Below, in pieces: positions 1 to 9,747 of a stretch of DNA of 58,260 nt (positions are counted from its first letter, which is position 1; each line of letters begins with the position of its first letter). Made by a program: the position numbers and the translations under genes. The notes under the pieces are model-generated. The model saw only the letters and a list, made by a program, of their open reading frames with translations. It did no database searches and was not told where the DNA came from. This stretch comes from a virus (lineage: Duplodnaviria; Caudoviricetes), in IMG/VR virus record IMGVR_UViG_3300042344_000667, positions 1-58,260 of that record. The stretch is one strand, 5' to 3'.

Positions 1-13
1 AGGTAATTCGAAT
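1..13. repeat. 13-bp terminal direct repeat (left copy); putative cos cohesive end
   Basis: AGGTAATTCGAAT at 1-13 is identical to 58248-58260 and lies ~150 bp upstream of terS. Confidence 0.75.
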
Positions 14-160
14 CGCTCCATACGGCTAGGTACAATTCGCCGAAGTATCTTCTATTCGTCAAACAATGCGTCCCCTACCCCGTCCGCTTTCGAAAAAGCC
101 GGGCATTATATCACAAGATTTTGCTTTACGCTAGCTGGACATTGCGTGTAACATCTATTT

Positions 161-688
161 ATGCCATTGATTACGAGATCCGAGGCAGCGCGCGCGCTGG
201 GCGTGACACCAGAGGCGGTGTATGCAGCAGTGAAAGCAGGCCGCTTGCCGGTAGTGCGAACAGCGGATGGTCGCGAGCTGGTGAACAGCGAAACCATGCG
301 CGAGCACTGGGCGAAAAACACACAGAAGCGAATTGGTCGAGGACCAAAGCCGCCGTTGGGAGAGAAAGCATTTCCGGCAGCCAGATCGCGGATGGCGAGG
401 ACTGAGGAGTCAATTCCTGATTACGACGAGTCAAGAGCACGCACCGAGCACCTAAAAGCAGAGTTGCTCGAGTTAGATCGCAAGCAAAAAGAAGGATTAC
501 TGATCAAGGCAGACGAGGTGGAGTTGCAATGGGTTGAGATTGTGACGCTGGCTAGGACAAAGATTATGGGTATTCCAACCAAGGCAAAGCAAAGGATCCC
601 TGATCTTGATACTGATGCGGTATCAATGCTGGAAGATATTGTTCGCGAGACACTGGAGGACTTGTCGGAGAGCGCGGCTGATGAATGA
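161..688 (+). CDS. terS: Terminase small subunit (Nu1-like)
   Basis: N-terminal HTH (TRSEAARALGVTPEAVYAAVKAGRL), Nu1-like coiled coil (ESRARTEHLKAELLEL...EGLLI); directly upstream of terL. Confidence 0.85.
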   Translation: MPLITRSEAARALGVTPEAVYAAVKAGRLPVVRTADGRELVNSETMREHWAKNTQKRIGRGPKPPLGEKAFPAARSRMARTEESIPDYDESRARTEHLKAELLELDRKQKEGLLIKADEVELQWVEIVTLARTKIMGIPTKAKQRIPDLDTDAVSMLEDIVRETLEDLSESAADE

Positions 689-2534
689 GGACAACCTGCT
701 AAGGGTAAAAAAAGCAGCGTTTATGGCGTTTCGACCGCCAGAAAAGCTGACTTTGAGCGAGTGGGCAGATCGTTATGCATTTTTAAGCGCAGAAAGCAGC
801 GCAGAGGGCGGCAGATGGCATACTTTGCCGTATCAAAAAGGAATTATGGATGCAATAACGGATGCAAAGGTTGAACAGGTGACGGTGATGAAGAGCGCCC
901 GCGTGGGGTACTCGAAGATTTTGAACCACACCATTGCATTCCATATTCACCAGGATCCGTGTCCGATCATGCTGGTGCAGCCAACAATTGAGGATGCGCA
1001 GGGATATTCGAAGGAAGAGATCGCGCCGATGTTGCGTGATACGCCTTGCTTGAAGGGTTTGGTGAGCGAGTCGAAGGCGAAAGATGGCGCGAATACGATT
1101 TTGCAAAAGCAGTTTCCAGGTGGAACGCTGAGCATGGTGGGCGCTAATAGCCCGCGCGGGTTTAGACGTGTGAGTCGGAGGGTGGTGTTATTTGACGAGA
1201 TCGACGGTTACCCAGCCTCTGCGGGTGCGGAAGGCGACCAGATCAAGCTTGGTATCCGAAGGACTGAGTACTACTGGAATCGCACAATTGTGTCCGGTAG
1301 CACGCCGACAGTGAAGGACTTCAGCCGTGTGGAGCGCATGTTCCTGCAAACGGATCAGCGTCGCTATTTCGTCCCGTGTCCTGATTGTGGTCATATGCAG
1401 TACCTGAAATGGCCAAACATTCGCTGGACTGATGGTGACCCGAGCACAGCGGGGTACTGCTGCGAGTCATGTGGCGTAATAATTCCACATTCTAAAAAGC
1501 GTTGGATGGTGGAGCGCGGTGAGTGGCGCGCTACTGCACCGGGCAACGGGAAGCATGTGGGGTTTCATATCTGGGCGGCCTATAGCTACAGCCCGAATGC
1601 AACGTGGCCAAATCTGGTGGAAGAATTCTTGGATGCAAAAAATGACGCAGAACAGCTAAAAACGTTCGTCAATACGGTGCTTGGCGAGACGTGGGAAGAC
1701 GAGTATGCGTCGAAGGTTGGCGCCGATTCTCTGCTCGAGCGTGCAGCAGAGGAGCAGTATCAGCAATATGTGCCACCTGCCGAGGTACTGGCGTTGACGA
1801 TTGGCTGTGACGTGCAGGATGACCGCCTGTCGCTCAGCGTGTGGGGATGGGGCCGCGAGGAAGAAGGCTGGCTGATCGATCGCGTGAAGCTATATGGGAG
1901 TCCATCTCGACCAGAGGTATGGAAGCAGTTGGACGAAATTTTGCAGAAGCCTTACCTAAACGAGGCCGATGAAGAGATGAAGGTGCTGTGTTGCGCGATT
2001 GACTCCGGCGGTCATCACACGCAAGAGGTGTATCAGTACAGCAGGGAGCGTGCAGCAATGGGCGTGATTGCGATTAAGGGTATGTCGCAGAAGGGCAAGC
2101 CACCGCTTGGCAAGGCATCGAAGGTAGACGTGGACTACAAAGGTAAAGCGCTAAAGAAAGGGGCACAGTTGTTTCCGGTCGGCGTCGACACGGTGAAATC
2201 GCTGTTGTTTGGTCGGTTGAAGCACAATGAGCCCGGGGCGGGATATTTGCATTTCTTCCCAACGATTGGAACGGATTATTTCGAGGAATTGACAGCCGAG
2301 AAGCAGATCCTGCGGTTTAGGAACGGCTATCCCGAGCGTGTGTGGGTGAAGAAGAGTCAGGCTGCAAACGAAGCGTTGGATGAAATGAATTATGCGTATG
2401 CGGCATTGCATCGTTTGTACCAGAAGATGGACAGGAGGACGATATGGGATCAACTCGAAAGGCGCGGTGAGGAGAAGCCGAAGCGTGTGCGTGCGGCGGC
2501 GGCACCGAAGCGGAGTTTTGTGAAGCAGTGGTGA
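681..2534 (+). CDS. terL: Terminase large subunit, lambda gpA family
   Basis: Walker A-like MKSARVGYS, Walker B VLFDEID, STPT, CPDC zinc motif, nuclease GCDVQ/IDSGG/NEALD; ATG at 681 preferred over TTG at 606. Confidence 0.95.
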   Translation: MNEDNLLRVKKAAFMAFRPPEKLTLSEWADRYAFLSAESSAEGGRWHTLPYQKGIMDAITDAKVEQVTVMKSARVGYSKILNHTIAFHIHQDPCPIMLVQPTIEDAQGYSKEEIAPMLRDTPCLKGLVSESKAKDGANTILQKQFPGGTLSMVGANSPRGFRRVSRRVVLFDEIDGYPASAGAEGDQIKLGIRRTEYYWNRTIVSGSTPTVKDFSRVERMFLQTDQRRYFVPCPDCGHMQYLKWPNIRWTDGDPSTAGYCCESCGVIIPHSKKRWMVERGEWRATAPGNGKHVGFHIWAAYSYSPNATWPNLVEEFLDAKNDAEQLKTFVNTVLGETWEDEYASKVGADSLLERAAEEQYQQYVPPAEVLALTIGCDVQDDRLSLSVWGWGREEEGWLIDRVKLYGSPSRPEVWKQLDEILQKPYLNEADEEMKVLCCAIDSGGHHTQEVYQYSRERAAMGVIAIKGMSQKGKPPLGKASKVDVDYKGKALKKGAQLFPVGVDTVKSLLFGRLKHNEPGAGYLHFFPTIGTDYFEELTAEKQILRFRNGYPERVWVKKSQAANEALDEMNYAYAALHRLYQKMDRRTIWDQLERRGEEKPKRVRAAAAPKRSFVKQW

Positions 2535-2577
2535 GTTACGGCGCTAAAGTACCAAGAAGCCTGAAGTTAGAGGTCGA

Positions 2578-3165
2578 ATGGCGATTCCCCCGTCCATAAC
2601 AGCCGGCGTGGACGTGGTGTGGACTGACGCTGCGACCACGGATATTTTCGGCAACGCGGTAACGAGTGCAACGCATAATCTTATGTATTATTTCAGATTG
2701 AATACAGCAGGCGAGGGTGTTACCGCGACCGGTACTGCGTATTCAGATGGTTGGCGGATCACGATTCCTGCTGCAACCAGCGCCGGAATGGATGCCAGCA
2801 CTGGGTGGTATTTCCAGGCTGTGCTGACTGCGATCAGCGGTGGTGCGGTCAGTGAGTACAGCCGAGGTCAGATCGAGGTCCAGGCATCATTGGCTTATGC
2901 CGGATCGCCTGCAGCATTTGACGGCCGAACGCAGGCGCAGAAAGATTTAGAGGCGGTTCAGGCTGCAATTCGCTCCTTGATGACAGGGGGTGCAACGCAG
3001 GAATATCGCATTGGCAATCGCAGCCTGAAGCGATATGACCTGACTGATTTGCTCGCCCTGGAGTCGCAGTTGAAGGCAACTGTGGTGCGTGAGAATAAAG
3101 CGAAAATTATCGCCTCTGGTTTAGGCGATCCAAACAATTTGTTTATCCGTTTCGGTAACGGCTGA
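2578..3165 (+). CDS. Head-tail joining protein with C-terminal gpW-like domain
   Basis: C-terminal LEAVQAAIRSLMTGGATQEYRIGNRSLKRYDL motif; lies between terL and portal. Confidence 0.7.
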   Translation: MAIPPSITAGVDVVWTDAATTDIFGNAVTSATHNLMYYFRLNTAGEGVTATGTAYSDGWRITIPAATSAGMDASTGWYFQAVLTAISGGAVSEYSRGQIEVQASLAYAGSPAAFDGRTQAQKDLEAVQAAIRSLMTGGATQEYRIGNRSLKRYDLTDLLALESQLKATVVRENKAKIIASGLGDPNNLFIRFGNG

Positions 3166-4673
3166 TGGGCATCCGCACCAACATTCTGCGTCGTATTGGC
3201 CTCCAGCCGATTCCCAAGGCACTGCCACCTGTGAGGCGGCGTAATTATGCGGGCGCAATCATCAGTCGCCTAACTGCGGATTGGATGTCGTCACAAGCGA
3301 GTGCGGACGCTGAAATTCGCACCAGTCTGCGCAAGCTGCGTGATCGCAGCCGCGAAATGGTGCGGAATAATCCGTACGCAAAGCAGGCAAAGCGGACAAC
3401 GCAAATCAACGTTGTCGGCAGTGGCATCAAGATGCAGTCGCAGGTTGCATTGCTGCGCGGTAATCGCCGTGATGAGCGGACAAACAGCTTGATTGAGCAG
3501 GAGTGGGCGTCTTGGTGCCGCGCTGAGCATTGTGATGTAGCTGGGCGCCAAAGCTTCCACATGATGGAGTGGTTGGCAATTGGCGCACTGCCGGAGTCAG
3601 GAGAGGCGCTGTTCAGGATTGTTCGCCGTCCGTTCGGTGGCAGTCGAGTGCCATTGGCGCTCCAAATGCTTGAGGCTGATTACCTGGATGAGGAGTATCA
3701 AGGCCCAACCCTCGCCCAGGGGAACGAATGGCGTATGGGCGTGGAGGTCAATGAATGGGGCCGCCCTGTGCGGTACGCCTTCCTCACGCGCCATCCAGGT
3801 GACTATTGGTTCCAGAATGCGCCGCAGCGAAATGAAAAGCATGTCTTCCTGCCGGCGGAAGATGTCATTCATTTGTTTATCCCAGAGAGGCCACAACAGC
3901 ATCGTGGCGTGCCGTGGTTCCACTCTGTGATGGCCGATGCGCATCAACTTCAAGGGTATGAAGAAGCTGCTGTGATTCGGGCGCGCGCTGGTGCGTCAAT
4001 CATGGGTTTTATTACGAATCAAGAGGGCGAGCTAAATGCTGACGACGTCGACAACGAGCGTCGGATCAGTGAGTTTGAGCCAGGGATGTTCAAGTATTTG
4101 ATGCCGGGCGAGAACGTGACGGTGCCAAGCATCGACTCGCCAGATCAGCAATTTGAAATGTTTGTCAAAAATAAAGTACGTCGATTTGCGAGCGGTTTTG
4201 GCTGCTCGTATGAAACGCTAAGCCGTGATTTTAGTGATACGAATTATTCGAGCAGCAGGCTGTCGTTGCTTGAGGATCGGGAGCACTGGAAGGTGGTGCA
4301 GGCTTATCTGATTGAGCATTTCCACTTGCGCGTATTCCGTGAATGGCTGTCGCTGGCTGTGCTTGCTGGTGAGCTGCCGTTTGATGACTTTGAAGCGCGG
4401 CCTGAGCGTTATGACACGCCGCGCTGGATGGCGCGTGGCTGGGATTGGGTGGATCCGCTCAAGGAAGTGAAGGCTTATCGCGAGATGGAGCAGGCGGGTT
4501 ATATGACCAAGGCGCAAATTGTTGCGAAACTTGGCGGTGATTTTGACGATAATTTAGCCGAGATTGCTCGCGAGCAAGCTGCTGCTGAACGTTTGGGTGT
4601 TGAGTTGGATCGGGACATCATTGAGCAGCCGATGTTGCCGGCTGATCAACCGTTACCGCAGGAGGAAGGCTGA
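3165..4673 (+). CDS. Portal protein, lambda family
   Basis: LRDRSREMVRNNPYAK, GVEVNEWGRPVRY, QHRGVPW, NYSSSRLSLLE, WVDPLKE motifs. Confidence 0.95.
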   Translation: MGIRTNILRRIGLQPIPKALPPVRRRNYAGAIISRLTADWMSSQASADAEIRTSLRKLRDRSREMVRNNPYAKQAKRTTQINVVGSGIKMQSQVALLRGNRRDERTNSLIEQEWASWCRAEHCDVAGRQSFHMMEWLAIGALPESGEALFRIVRRPFGGSRVPLALQMLEADYLDEEYQGPTLAQGNEWRMGVEVNEWGRPVRYAFLTRHPGDYWFQNAPQRNEKHVFLPAEDVIHLFIPERPQQHRGVPWFHSVMADAHQLQGYEEAAVIRARAGASIMGFITNQEGELNADDVDNERRISEFEPGMFKYLMPGENVTVPSIDSPDQQFEMFVKNKVRRFASGFGCSYETLSRDFSDTNYSSSRLSLLEDREHWKVVQAYLIEHFHLRVFREWLSLAVLAGELPFDDFEARPERYDTPRWMARGWDWVDPLKEVKAYREMEQAGYMTKAQIVAKLGGDFDDNLAEIAREQAAAERLGVELDRDIIEQPMLPADQPLPQEEG

Positions 4674-7573
4674 TGGGCGCAATGCCGACTGATGGAATGA
4701 GGGAAGAGGCGCGACGTTATCGCGCATGGAAAGAAGAGGGACGCAAGGGTGGAACTGAGGTTGCAGCCAGGCGTGCTGGGCAGATTTTGAGCGGTGATGA
4801 GCTGAGCGATGAGACTATTCGCACGATGAGTGCATGGTTTGCTCGTCATGAGATTGACAAGCGAGCTGATGGTTTCAGTCCTGGCGAAGAAGGGTATCCA
4901 TCGCCTGGCAGGGTGGCATGGGCGGCCTGGGGAGGTGACTCGGGTAAAACATGGAGTGATGCACTTGTGGCTCGCATGGAATCTGACCGTGAGTTGACTG
5001 TTGATCTGACTGCGCCACAGGTGCAGTTGTATGAGGCTTACGAGGAAATAGCCGAGGAGCTTGGCCAATTTGGTCAGGATGCTGGACCGCATGGTTCGCA
5101 TTACATGGCGCAGAGCCCTTTCGCGGGTGACGGCATGGTGTGCGCGAATTGTGTGTTTTATGCGGGTCCGCGTGCTTGCGAGATTGTGAGCGGCGATATC
5201 GCTCCTGAAGGTGTTTGCAAGTTTTGGATTATTCCAGAGCGATTGATGAGCGAATCACCAGAGACGGGGGAAGGGCGACCGTATCCCAATGAGCATGCCG
5301 CGAGACTGCGTGATCCCGATCAGTACGATCGTTTCCGCCGTCGCAATAATGCAGCCGGTAAAGGTGTTGATTTTATTTTCGGTATCAAGACTGGTGAGAG
5401 TGGTGCTGAATTGCAGGCAATTCGTTTCAAGCTTTCTGAGTTCACTGCTGCTGAAGCGCGTACGTGGCTGCGTGAGCGTGACTATGAGCCGCTTCAATTT
5501 GAAGAGGCAACAGGTGAGCGTTCTAAGGTGGACGAAATTGAGAACGCAGCCGTGACTGAAAAACGTGCAGCGCCTGACGCGCTGAAGGAGGGTGATTTTG
5601 TTTCGTGGAACAGCTCTGGCGGTCGCGCGCGCGGTCGTATTGAGCATGTGATGCGCGAGGGTACGTTGGGCGTGCCTGACACTGAATTCAGCATTGATGC
5701 AACCGAAGAGGATCCGGCTGCGTTGATTCGGATTTATCGCGACGGTGAGGCGACTGAGACGATGGTGGGTCATCGTTTTAGTACTTTGACCAAGATCGAT
5801 CCGATCCGTGCGACTGAGGGCGGCAAGTTTCAGCGATCTGAGGTCACATCATTCCGCGCGCTGGATGAAGAGCGGAGCTTCGAATTTCCGTTTAGCTCTG
5901 AGTATCCGGTGATGCGCTACTTCGGGAATGAAGTGCTGAGCCACGAGATGGATGCAGCAAACCTGAGTCGTCTGAACGATGGCGCCCCGCTGCTGTTTAA
6001 TCACGATCCTGATCGCGTGGTCGGCGTTGTGGAGCGCGCTTGGGTTGATGGGCAGAAACGACGCGGTTATGTGAAGGTGCGCTTCTCGCGTAACAAGTTT
6101 GCGCAAGAAGTGCTCGACGATGTCCGCGATAATATTTTGCGCGGCATCAGCTTCGGCTATTCGATCGACAAGATGGAAGAGCGCGGAGATGACTTTGTAG
6201 CGACCAGATGGTCGCCTTACGAAGTCAGCGTGGTCTCTATACCTGCTGACCCTACGATTGGAATCGGCAGGTCTCTAACTGACGAGACCGTTGTTCAAGC
6301 GGCCCCAGCCGCATCACCAACACCTGAACCCGAAATGGAAAACACTCCAGATCTGGAGGTGATCCGGTCCGAGGCCGTCGAGGCCGAGCGTACCCGTATC
6401 GCCGCCATCAGTGCACTGGGCGATAAGCACCAGATGCAAGACCTGGCTCGCGAGCTGATCGACGGTGGTCGCACTATCGACGAAGCTCGTGCTGCTGTCC
6501 TTGAAAAACTCGGCACTCAACCCGTGGAACAAGTCATTCGCTCTGCTGACATCACCTCTAACGATGTCGGCCTCTCCGATAAGGAGACCCGTTCGTTCAG
6601 CTTTGCTCGCGCACTGAACTTCCTTGCTAACCCCAGCGACGTTTCTGCTCGTCGGGCTGCCGAGTTTGAGATCGAAGTCGGTAAGGCTGCTGCTCAAAAG
6701 TATGAGCGCTCCTCTAACGGCATCGTGATCCCCAACGAGGTGCTGCGTCGTGATCTGGTGGTGGGCACTCCTACTGCTGGTGGCAACCTGGTTGCCGATG
6801 AGCTGCTGGCCGGTAGTTTCATCGACCTGCTGCGCAATCGTCTGGCACTGGCCCAGGCTGGCGTCACCATGCTGACCGGCCTGCAGGGCACCATCAGCAT
6901 CCCCCGTCAGACTTCTGCTGCTACCGCCTACTGGGTGGGTGAGAACGGTTCGCCGACCGAGAGCCAGCAGGCAATCGATCAGGTCAACATGACCCCCAAG
7001 ACTGTGGGTGCTTTTGTTGATTACAGCCGTCGTCTGCTGCTGCAGTCTTCCATCGATGTGGAAGGCATGATCCGGAACGATCTTGCTCGCGTGATCGCTC
7101 TCGAGCTTGACCGCGCTTCCATCTACGGCACCGGCTCTAGCAACCAGCCCCTTGGTCTGACCAACACCACCGGTATTGGCAGCCAGACCATCACCACCTT
7201 CGGTACTTTTGCTGAGTACATCGGCATGGAAACCGATGTGGCATCTGCCAACGCCGATGCCGGCAGCCTGCGTTACATCATCAACGCTGCTGCTCGCGGT
7301 GCTCTGAAGTCGACCGAAAAAGCGACCAATACTGGCGCTTTTGTCTTTGAGGACAACGAGATCAACGGCTACCCCGTGATCGTGTCGAACCAGCTCCAGA
7401 ACAACGATGCGCTGTTCGGCGACTTCTCCATGATGATCATGGGCATGTGGTCTGGTCTGGATCTGACTGTTGATCCTTACGCCGGTGCTACCGCTGGCAC
7501 CGTCCGCGTTATTGCTCTGCAGGACGTGGATGTGGCTGTGAAGCAGCCTGGCGCCTTCTGCCTCGGCACCTGA
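4673..7573 (+). CDS. Multidomain head polyprotein: accessory N-terminal domains, HK97-type prohead protease and major capsid protein
   Basis: Protease motifs (FSSEYPV, LLFNHD, ISFGY, EVSVVSIPAD) at ~5860-6275; HK97-fold capsid (AYWVGE, PKTVGA, ALFGDFS) after ~6335. Confidence 0.9.
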   Translation: MGAMPTDGMREEARRYRAWKEEGRKGGTEVAARRAGQILSGDELSDETIRTMSAWFARHEIDKRADGFSPGEEGYPSPGRVAWAAWGGDSGKTWSDALVARMESDRELTVDLTAPQVQLYEAYEEIAEELGQFGQDAGPHGSHYMAQSPFAGDGMVCANCVFYAGPRACEIVSGDIAPEGVCKFWIIPERLMSESPETGEGRPYPNEHAARLRDPDQYDRFRRRNNAAGKGVDFIFGIKTGESGAELQAIRFKLSEFTAAEARTWLRERDYEPLQFEEATGERSKVDEIENAAVTEKRAAPDALKEGDFVSWNSSGGRARGRIEHVMREGTLGVPDTEFSIDATEEDPAALIRIYRDGEATETMVGHRFSTLTKIDPIRATEGGKFQRSEVTSFRALDEERSFEFPFSSEYPVMRYFGNEVLSHEMDAANLSRLNDGAPLLFNHDPDRVVGVVERAWVDGQKRRGYVKVRFSRNKFAQEVLDDVRDNILRGISFGYSIDKMEERGDDFVATRWSPYEVSVVSIPADPTIGIGRSLTDETVVQAAPAASPTPEPEMENTPDLEVIRSEAVEAERTRIAAISALGDKHQMQDLARELIDGGRTIDEARAAVLEKLGTQPVEQVIRSADITSNDVGLSDKETRSFSFARALNFLANPSDVSARRAAEFEIEVGKAAAQKYERSSNGIVIPNEVLRRDLVVGTPTAGGNLVADELLAGSFIDLLRNRLALAQAGVTMLTGLQGTISIPRQTSAATAYWVGENGSPTESQQAIDQVNMTPKTVGAFVDYSRRLLLQSSIDVEGMIRNDLARVIALELDRASIYGTGSSNQPLGLTNTTGIGSQTITTFGTFAEYIGMETDVASANADAGSLRYIINAAARGALKSTEKATNTGAFVFEDNEINGYPVIVSNQLQNNDALFGDFSMMIMGMWSGLDLTVDPYAGATAGTVRVIALQDVDVAVKQPGAFCLGT

Positions 7574-7575
7574 TC

Positions 7576-7815
7576 ATGAAGATCGAGATCCTGCGTCAAG
7601 TCATGATCTCGGGGGAGCCGGTTCAGGCTGGCTCCTTTGTCGAGGTCAACGAGGCTGACGGCAATCTGTTGGTTGGTAGCGGTAAGGCCGTTGTGGTACC
7701 TGCCGTGGAGAAGCCCGCACCTGTTGAGGTGACGGAAGAGCCTGCTCCAGTGCCTGCTGTTAAGCCGGTGCGGAAGGCTAAGACTGTGACTTCTGAATTC
7801 CCTACTAAGGACTGA
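7576..7815 (+). CDS. Small head-associated protein
   Basis: Follows the capsid gene; G..VEV..ADG..LV..GKA pattern and Pro/Lys-rich tail. Confidence 0.55.
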   Translation: MKIEILRQVMISGEPVQAGSFVEVNEADGNLLVGSGKAVVVPAVEKPAPVEVTEEPAPVPAVKPVRKAKTVTSEFPTKD

Positions 7816-7817
7816 TC

Positions 7818-8228
7818 ATGTCTATCCTCTCTACTGGCCTGGAGAAGCTCCAGCATTTTGCGCTGGCTCCTACTGCTCAACGCACCTCCAACCTGGACGG
7901 CACTGCCGTTGACATGAATGATTACGAGGGCGACCTCGTGATCATCCTTGATGTTGAGGCTGGCGGGACCTCGACTTTGGATGTAAAAATCCAATCGAGC
8001 GACACCTCTGGTGGTAGCTACACCGATGTGACCACCGTGTTCAATCGCGGCGGCACTGAACAGGCTTCTGGCGCCGTGGCTTTCGCCCAAGCAAGCACCT
8101 CTGCTTCCAAGCAGTTTCTGGTGTTTCCTAAGGGCGCTGCTAAGCGTTGGATCAAGGCTGTGTCGACCACTTCGACCTCGACCCACACCTATTCGATTAA
8201 TGGTGTTGGCGTGAAGAAGTACGGCTGA
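7818..8228 (+). CDS. Putative capsid decoration protein
   Basis: Beta-rich Ser/Thr/Gly protein in the head operon, followed by a terminator. Confidence 0.5.
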   Translation: MSILSTGLEKLQHFALAPTAQRTSNLDGTAVDMNDYEGDLVIILDVEAGGTSTLDVKIQSSDTSGGSYTDVTTVFNRGGTEQASGAVAFAQASTSASKQFLVFPKGAAKRWIKAVSTTSTSTHTYSINGVGVKKYG

Positions 8229-8243
8229 TAGCCGTACTGCATT

Positions 8244-8276
8244 GGCCCTGGGTTGCTTCGGCGGCCTGGGGCTTTA
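8244..8276 (+). terminator. Intrinsic terminator of head operon
   Basis: GCCCTGGGTTGC-TTCG-GCGGCCTGGGGC hairpin followed by TTT. Confidence 0.6.
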
Positions 8277-8286
8277 TGCTGTTTAC

Positions 8287-8571
8287 ATGGCATTCACCGA
8301 AGACCTGAGCGTATTTTTCGACCTTCAGGGTTTCGGTGTACCTGTTGTGCATGAAGGTGTGACTGGCGTTGGCATTTTAGATATGCCAAGCGAAATGCTC
8401 GCTGATGGGGTGGTGTTGAGCACGGATTACAAGCTGACTGTCCGTAGCGCAGTGTTTAACGAATTTTTGAGCGGCGATACGGTAACCGTTGATGGCGTTT
8501 CGTACAAAGTTCGCAATCCAAGTCTTGTAGACGACGGTAAAATTACAGAAGTAATGCTAATGAGGGTTTAA
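8287..8571 (+). CDS. Head-tail connector (FII-like)
   Basis: MAFTEDLSVFFD...GDTVTVDGVSYKV...DDG pattern and gene position. Confidence 0.7.
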   Translation: MAFTEDLSVFFDLQGFGVPVVHEGVTGVGILDMPSEMLADGVVLSTDYKLTVRSAVFNEFLSGDTVTVDGVSYKVRNPSLVDDGKITEVMLMRV

Positions 8572-8573
8572 TT

Positions 8574-8900
8574 GTGCCTGAGATCTACGGGAGCTGGGCT
8601 AGCAGGAGCGATAATATAGTCATTCTCGGAACCCTTGCTGCGACTGGGTCGACGCCTGGAGTTGAAGTTTCAGGTAATAGTTTTACGTTTGTTCATGATA
8701 CGACTGCAGGCAATATCACCGTTGTCGACGAAGGCAGCCTTGACGGTGTGAGTTGGTTTTCGCTTGATGAAGCAAAAAGCCATAGCCAGTCTGGAGTTCA
8801 TGCGTATTTTTATTCGCCAAGAATTGTTCGCTATGTGAGATCTAGAGTTACGGCAATTCAAAATGGCGCATCTATTACAATTGCAATGGCATGCGATTAG
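8574..8900 (+). CDS. Hypothetical beta-rich virion protein
   Basis: ORF in the structural operon with EGSLDGVSWF motif. Confidence 0.5.
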   Translation: MPEIYGSWASRSDNIVILGTLAATGSTPGVEVSGNSFTFVHDTTAGNITVVDEGSLDGVSWFSLDEAKSHSQSGVHAYFYSPRIVRYVRSRVTAIQNGASITIAMACD

Positions 8901-8902
8901 CC

Positions 8903-9067
8903 ATGGACCGCGACACCTTCAAGAATTGGGTCAAGGTCATGCAAGCGCTAGAAGAAGCTGAAAAGACAGATAGCTATATTTATTATCGAGCGAAATCAAT
9001 TGTGACCAAGCAGGTCGATCCTGGCGCGTTTGGTCCGCTTCCCAAGCGAGGATTCAATGACCACTAA
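8903..9067 (+). CDS. Small hypothetical protein (54 aa, not in ORF track)
   Basis: MDRDTFKNWVKVMQALEEAEKTDSYIYYRAK...; fills the gap between two structural genes. Confidence 0.55.
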   Translation: MDRDTFKNWVKVMQALEEAEKTDSYIYYRAKSIVTKQVDPGAFGPLPKRGFNDH

Positions 9068-9482
9068 GCGCGAACGGATTCTGAGTGCGATTGCAAGCGC
9101 ACTTGCTAGCACTGCGGGCGTGAATGGTCGCGTGTATCGCAGCAGGGTCACTGCAATGCAGCGCGCTGAGTCGCCTGCAATTGTCATTGAACCGATCAGT
9201 GACACGCCAACGCAAAACACCAGCTTGCCGACATTGGATTGGCGCATGCGTGTGCGTGTAACGGTAATCGTGCGCGGTGACACGCCAGATCAACTTGCTG
9301 ATCCAATTATTGAGAGCATGCACGCCAAGATGGTGGCTGATTTGACGCTTGGCGGCTATGCGATTGACGTGCAGCCGGATGAAGTGACCTACAACATGCT
9401 GGACGCCGATCAGCCTGCCGGTGTAATTTTCAATGATTATATTGTTCAATATCGTACAACTGTTGCGAGTTTGGCCACGTAG
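9057..9482 (+). CDS. Tail terminator / completion protein (gpU-like)
   Basis: RERILSAI...RVYRSR...PAIVI, DLTLGG motifs; upstream of the tail tube gene. Confidence 0.7.
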   Translation: MTTKRERILSAIASALASTAGVNGRVYRSRVTAMQRAESPAIVIEPISDTPTQNTSLPTLDWRMRVRVTVIVRGDTPDQLADPIIESMHAKMVADLTLGGYAIDVQPDEVTYNMLDADQPAGVIFNDYIVQYRTTVASLAT

Positions 9483-9507
9483 AGTCTGATAAGTCGCGCG
9501 ATTTACA

Positions 9508-9747
9508 GTGATTGATGAGTTTCAAGGGCAAGGTGGCTCGTACATCCTTGACCCCGAGACAGGCATCCGCACCCTCGTTCAGCGGACGCTGCCACCTGTT
9601 CCACAAGAGGTAATTTCCAATGCCCCTTCTAACTCGGAAACGCCTGATCCTTCTGGAGACGGAGACGACTTACGGGACGGATCCGACTCCCGACGGAGCG
9701 GACGCCGTTCTGGTTCGCGATCTGAATATCACTCCTCTGCAGAGTGA
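9508..9747 (+). CDS. Small hypothetical protein overlapping the tail tube start
   Basis: GQGGSYILDPETG N-terminus; C-terminal half overlaps the next gene in another frame. Confidence 0.4.
   Translation: MIDEFQGQGGSYILDPETGIRTLVQRTLPPVPQEVISNAPSNSETPDPSGDGDDLRDGSDSRRSGRRSGSRSEYHSSAE

Noticed and set aside
1-20. tRNA-like TTCGAATC...CCA at the genome junction
   Set aside because: Could not build an acceptor stem, D arm or anticodon arm even across the joined ends
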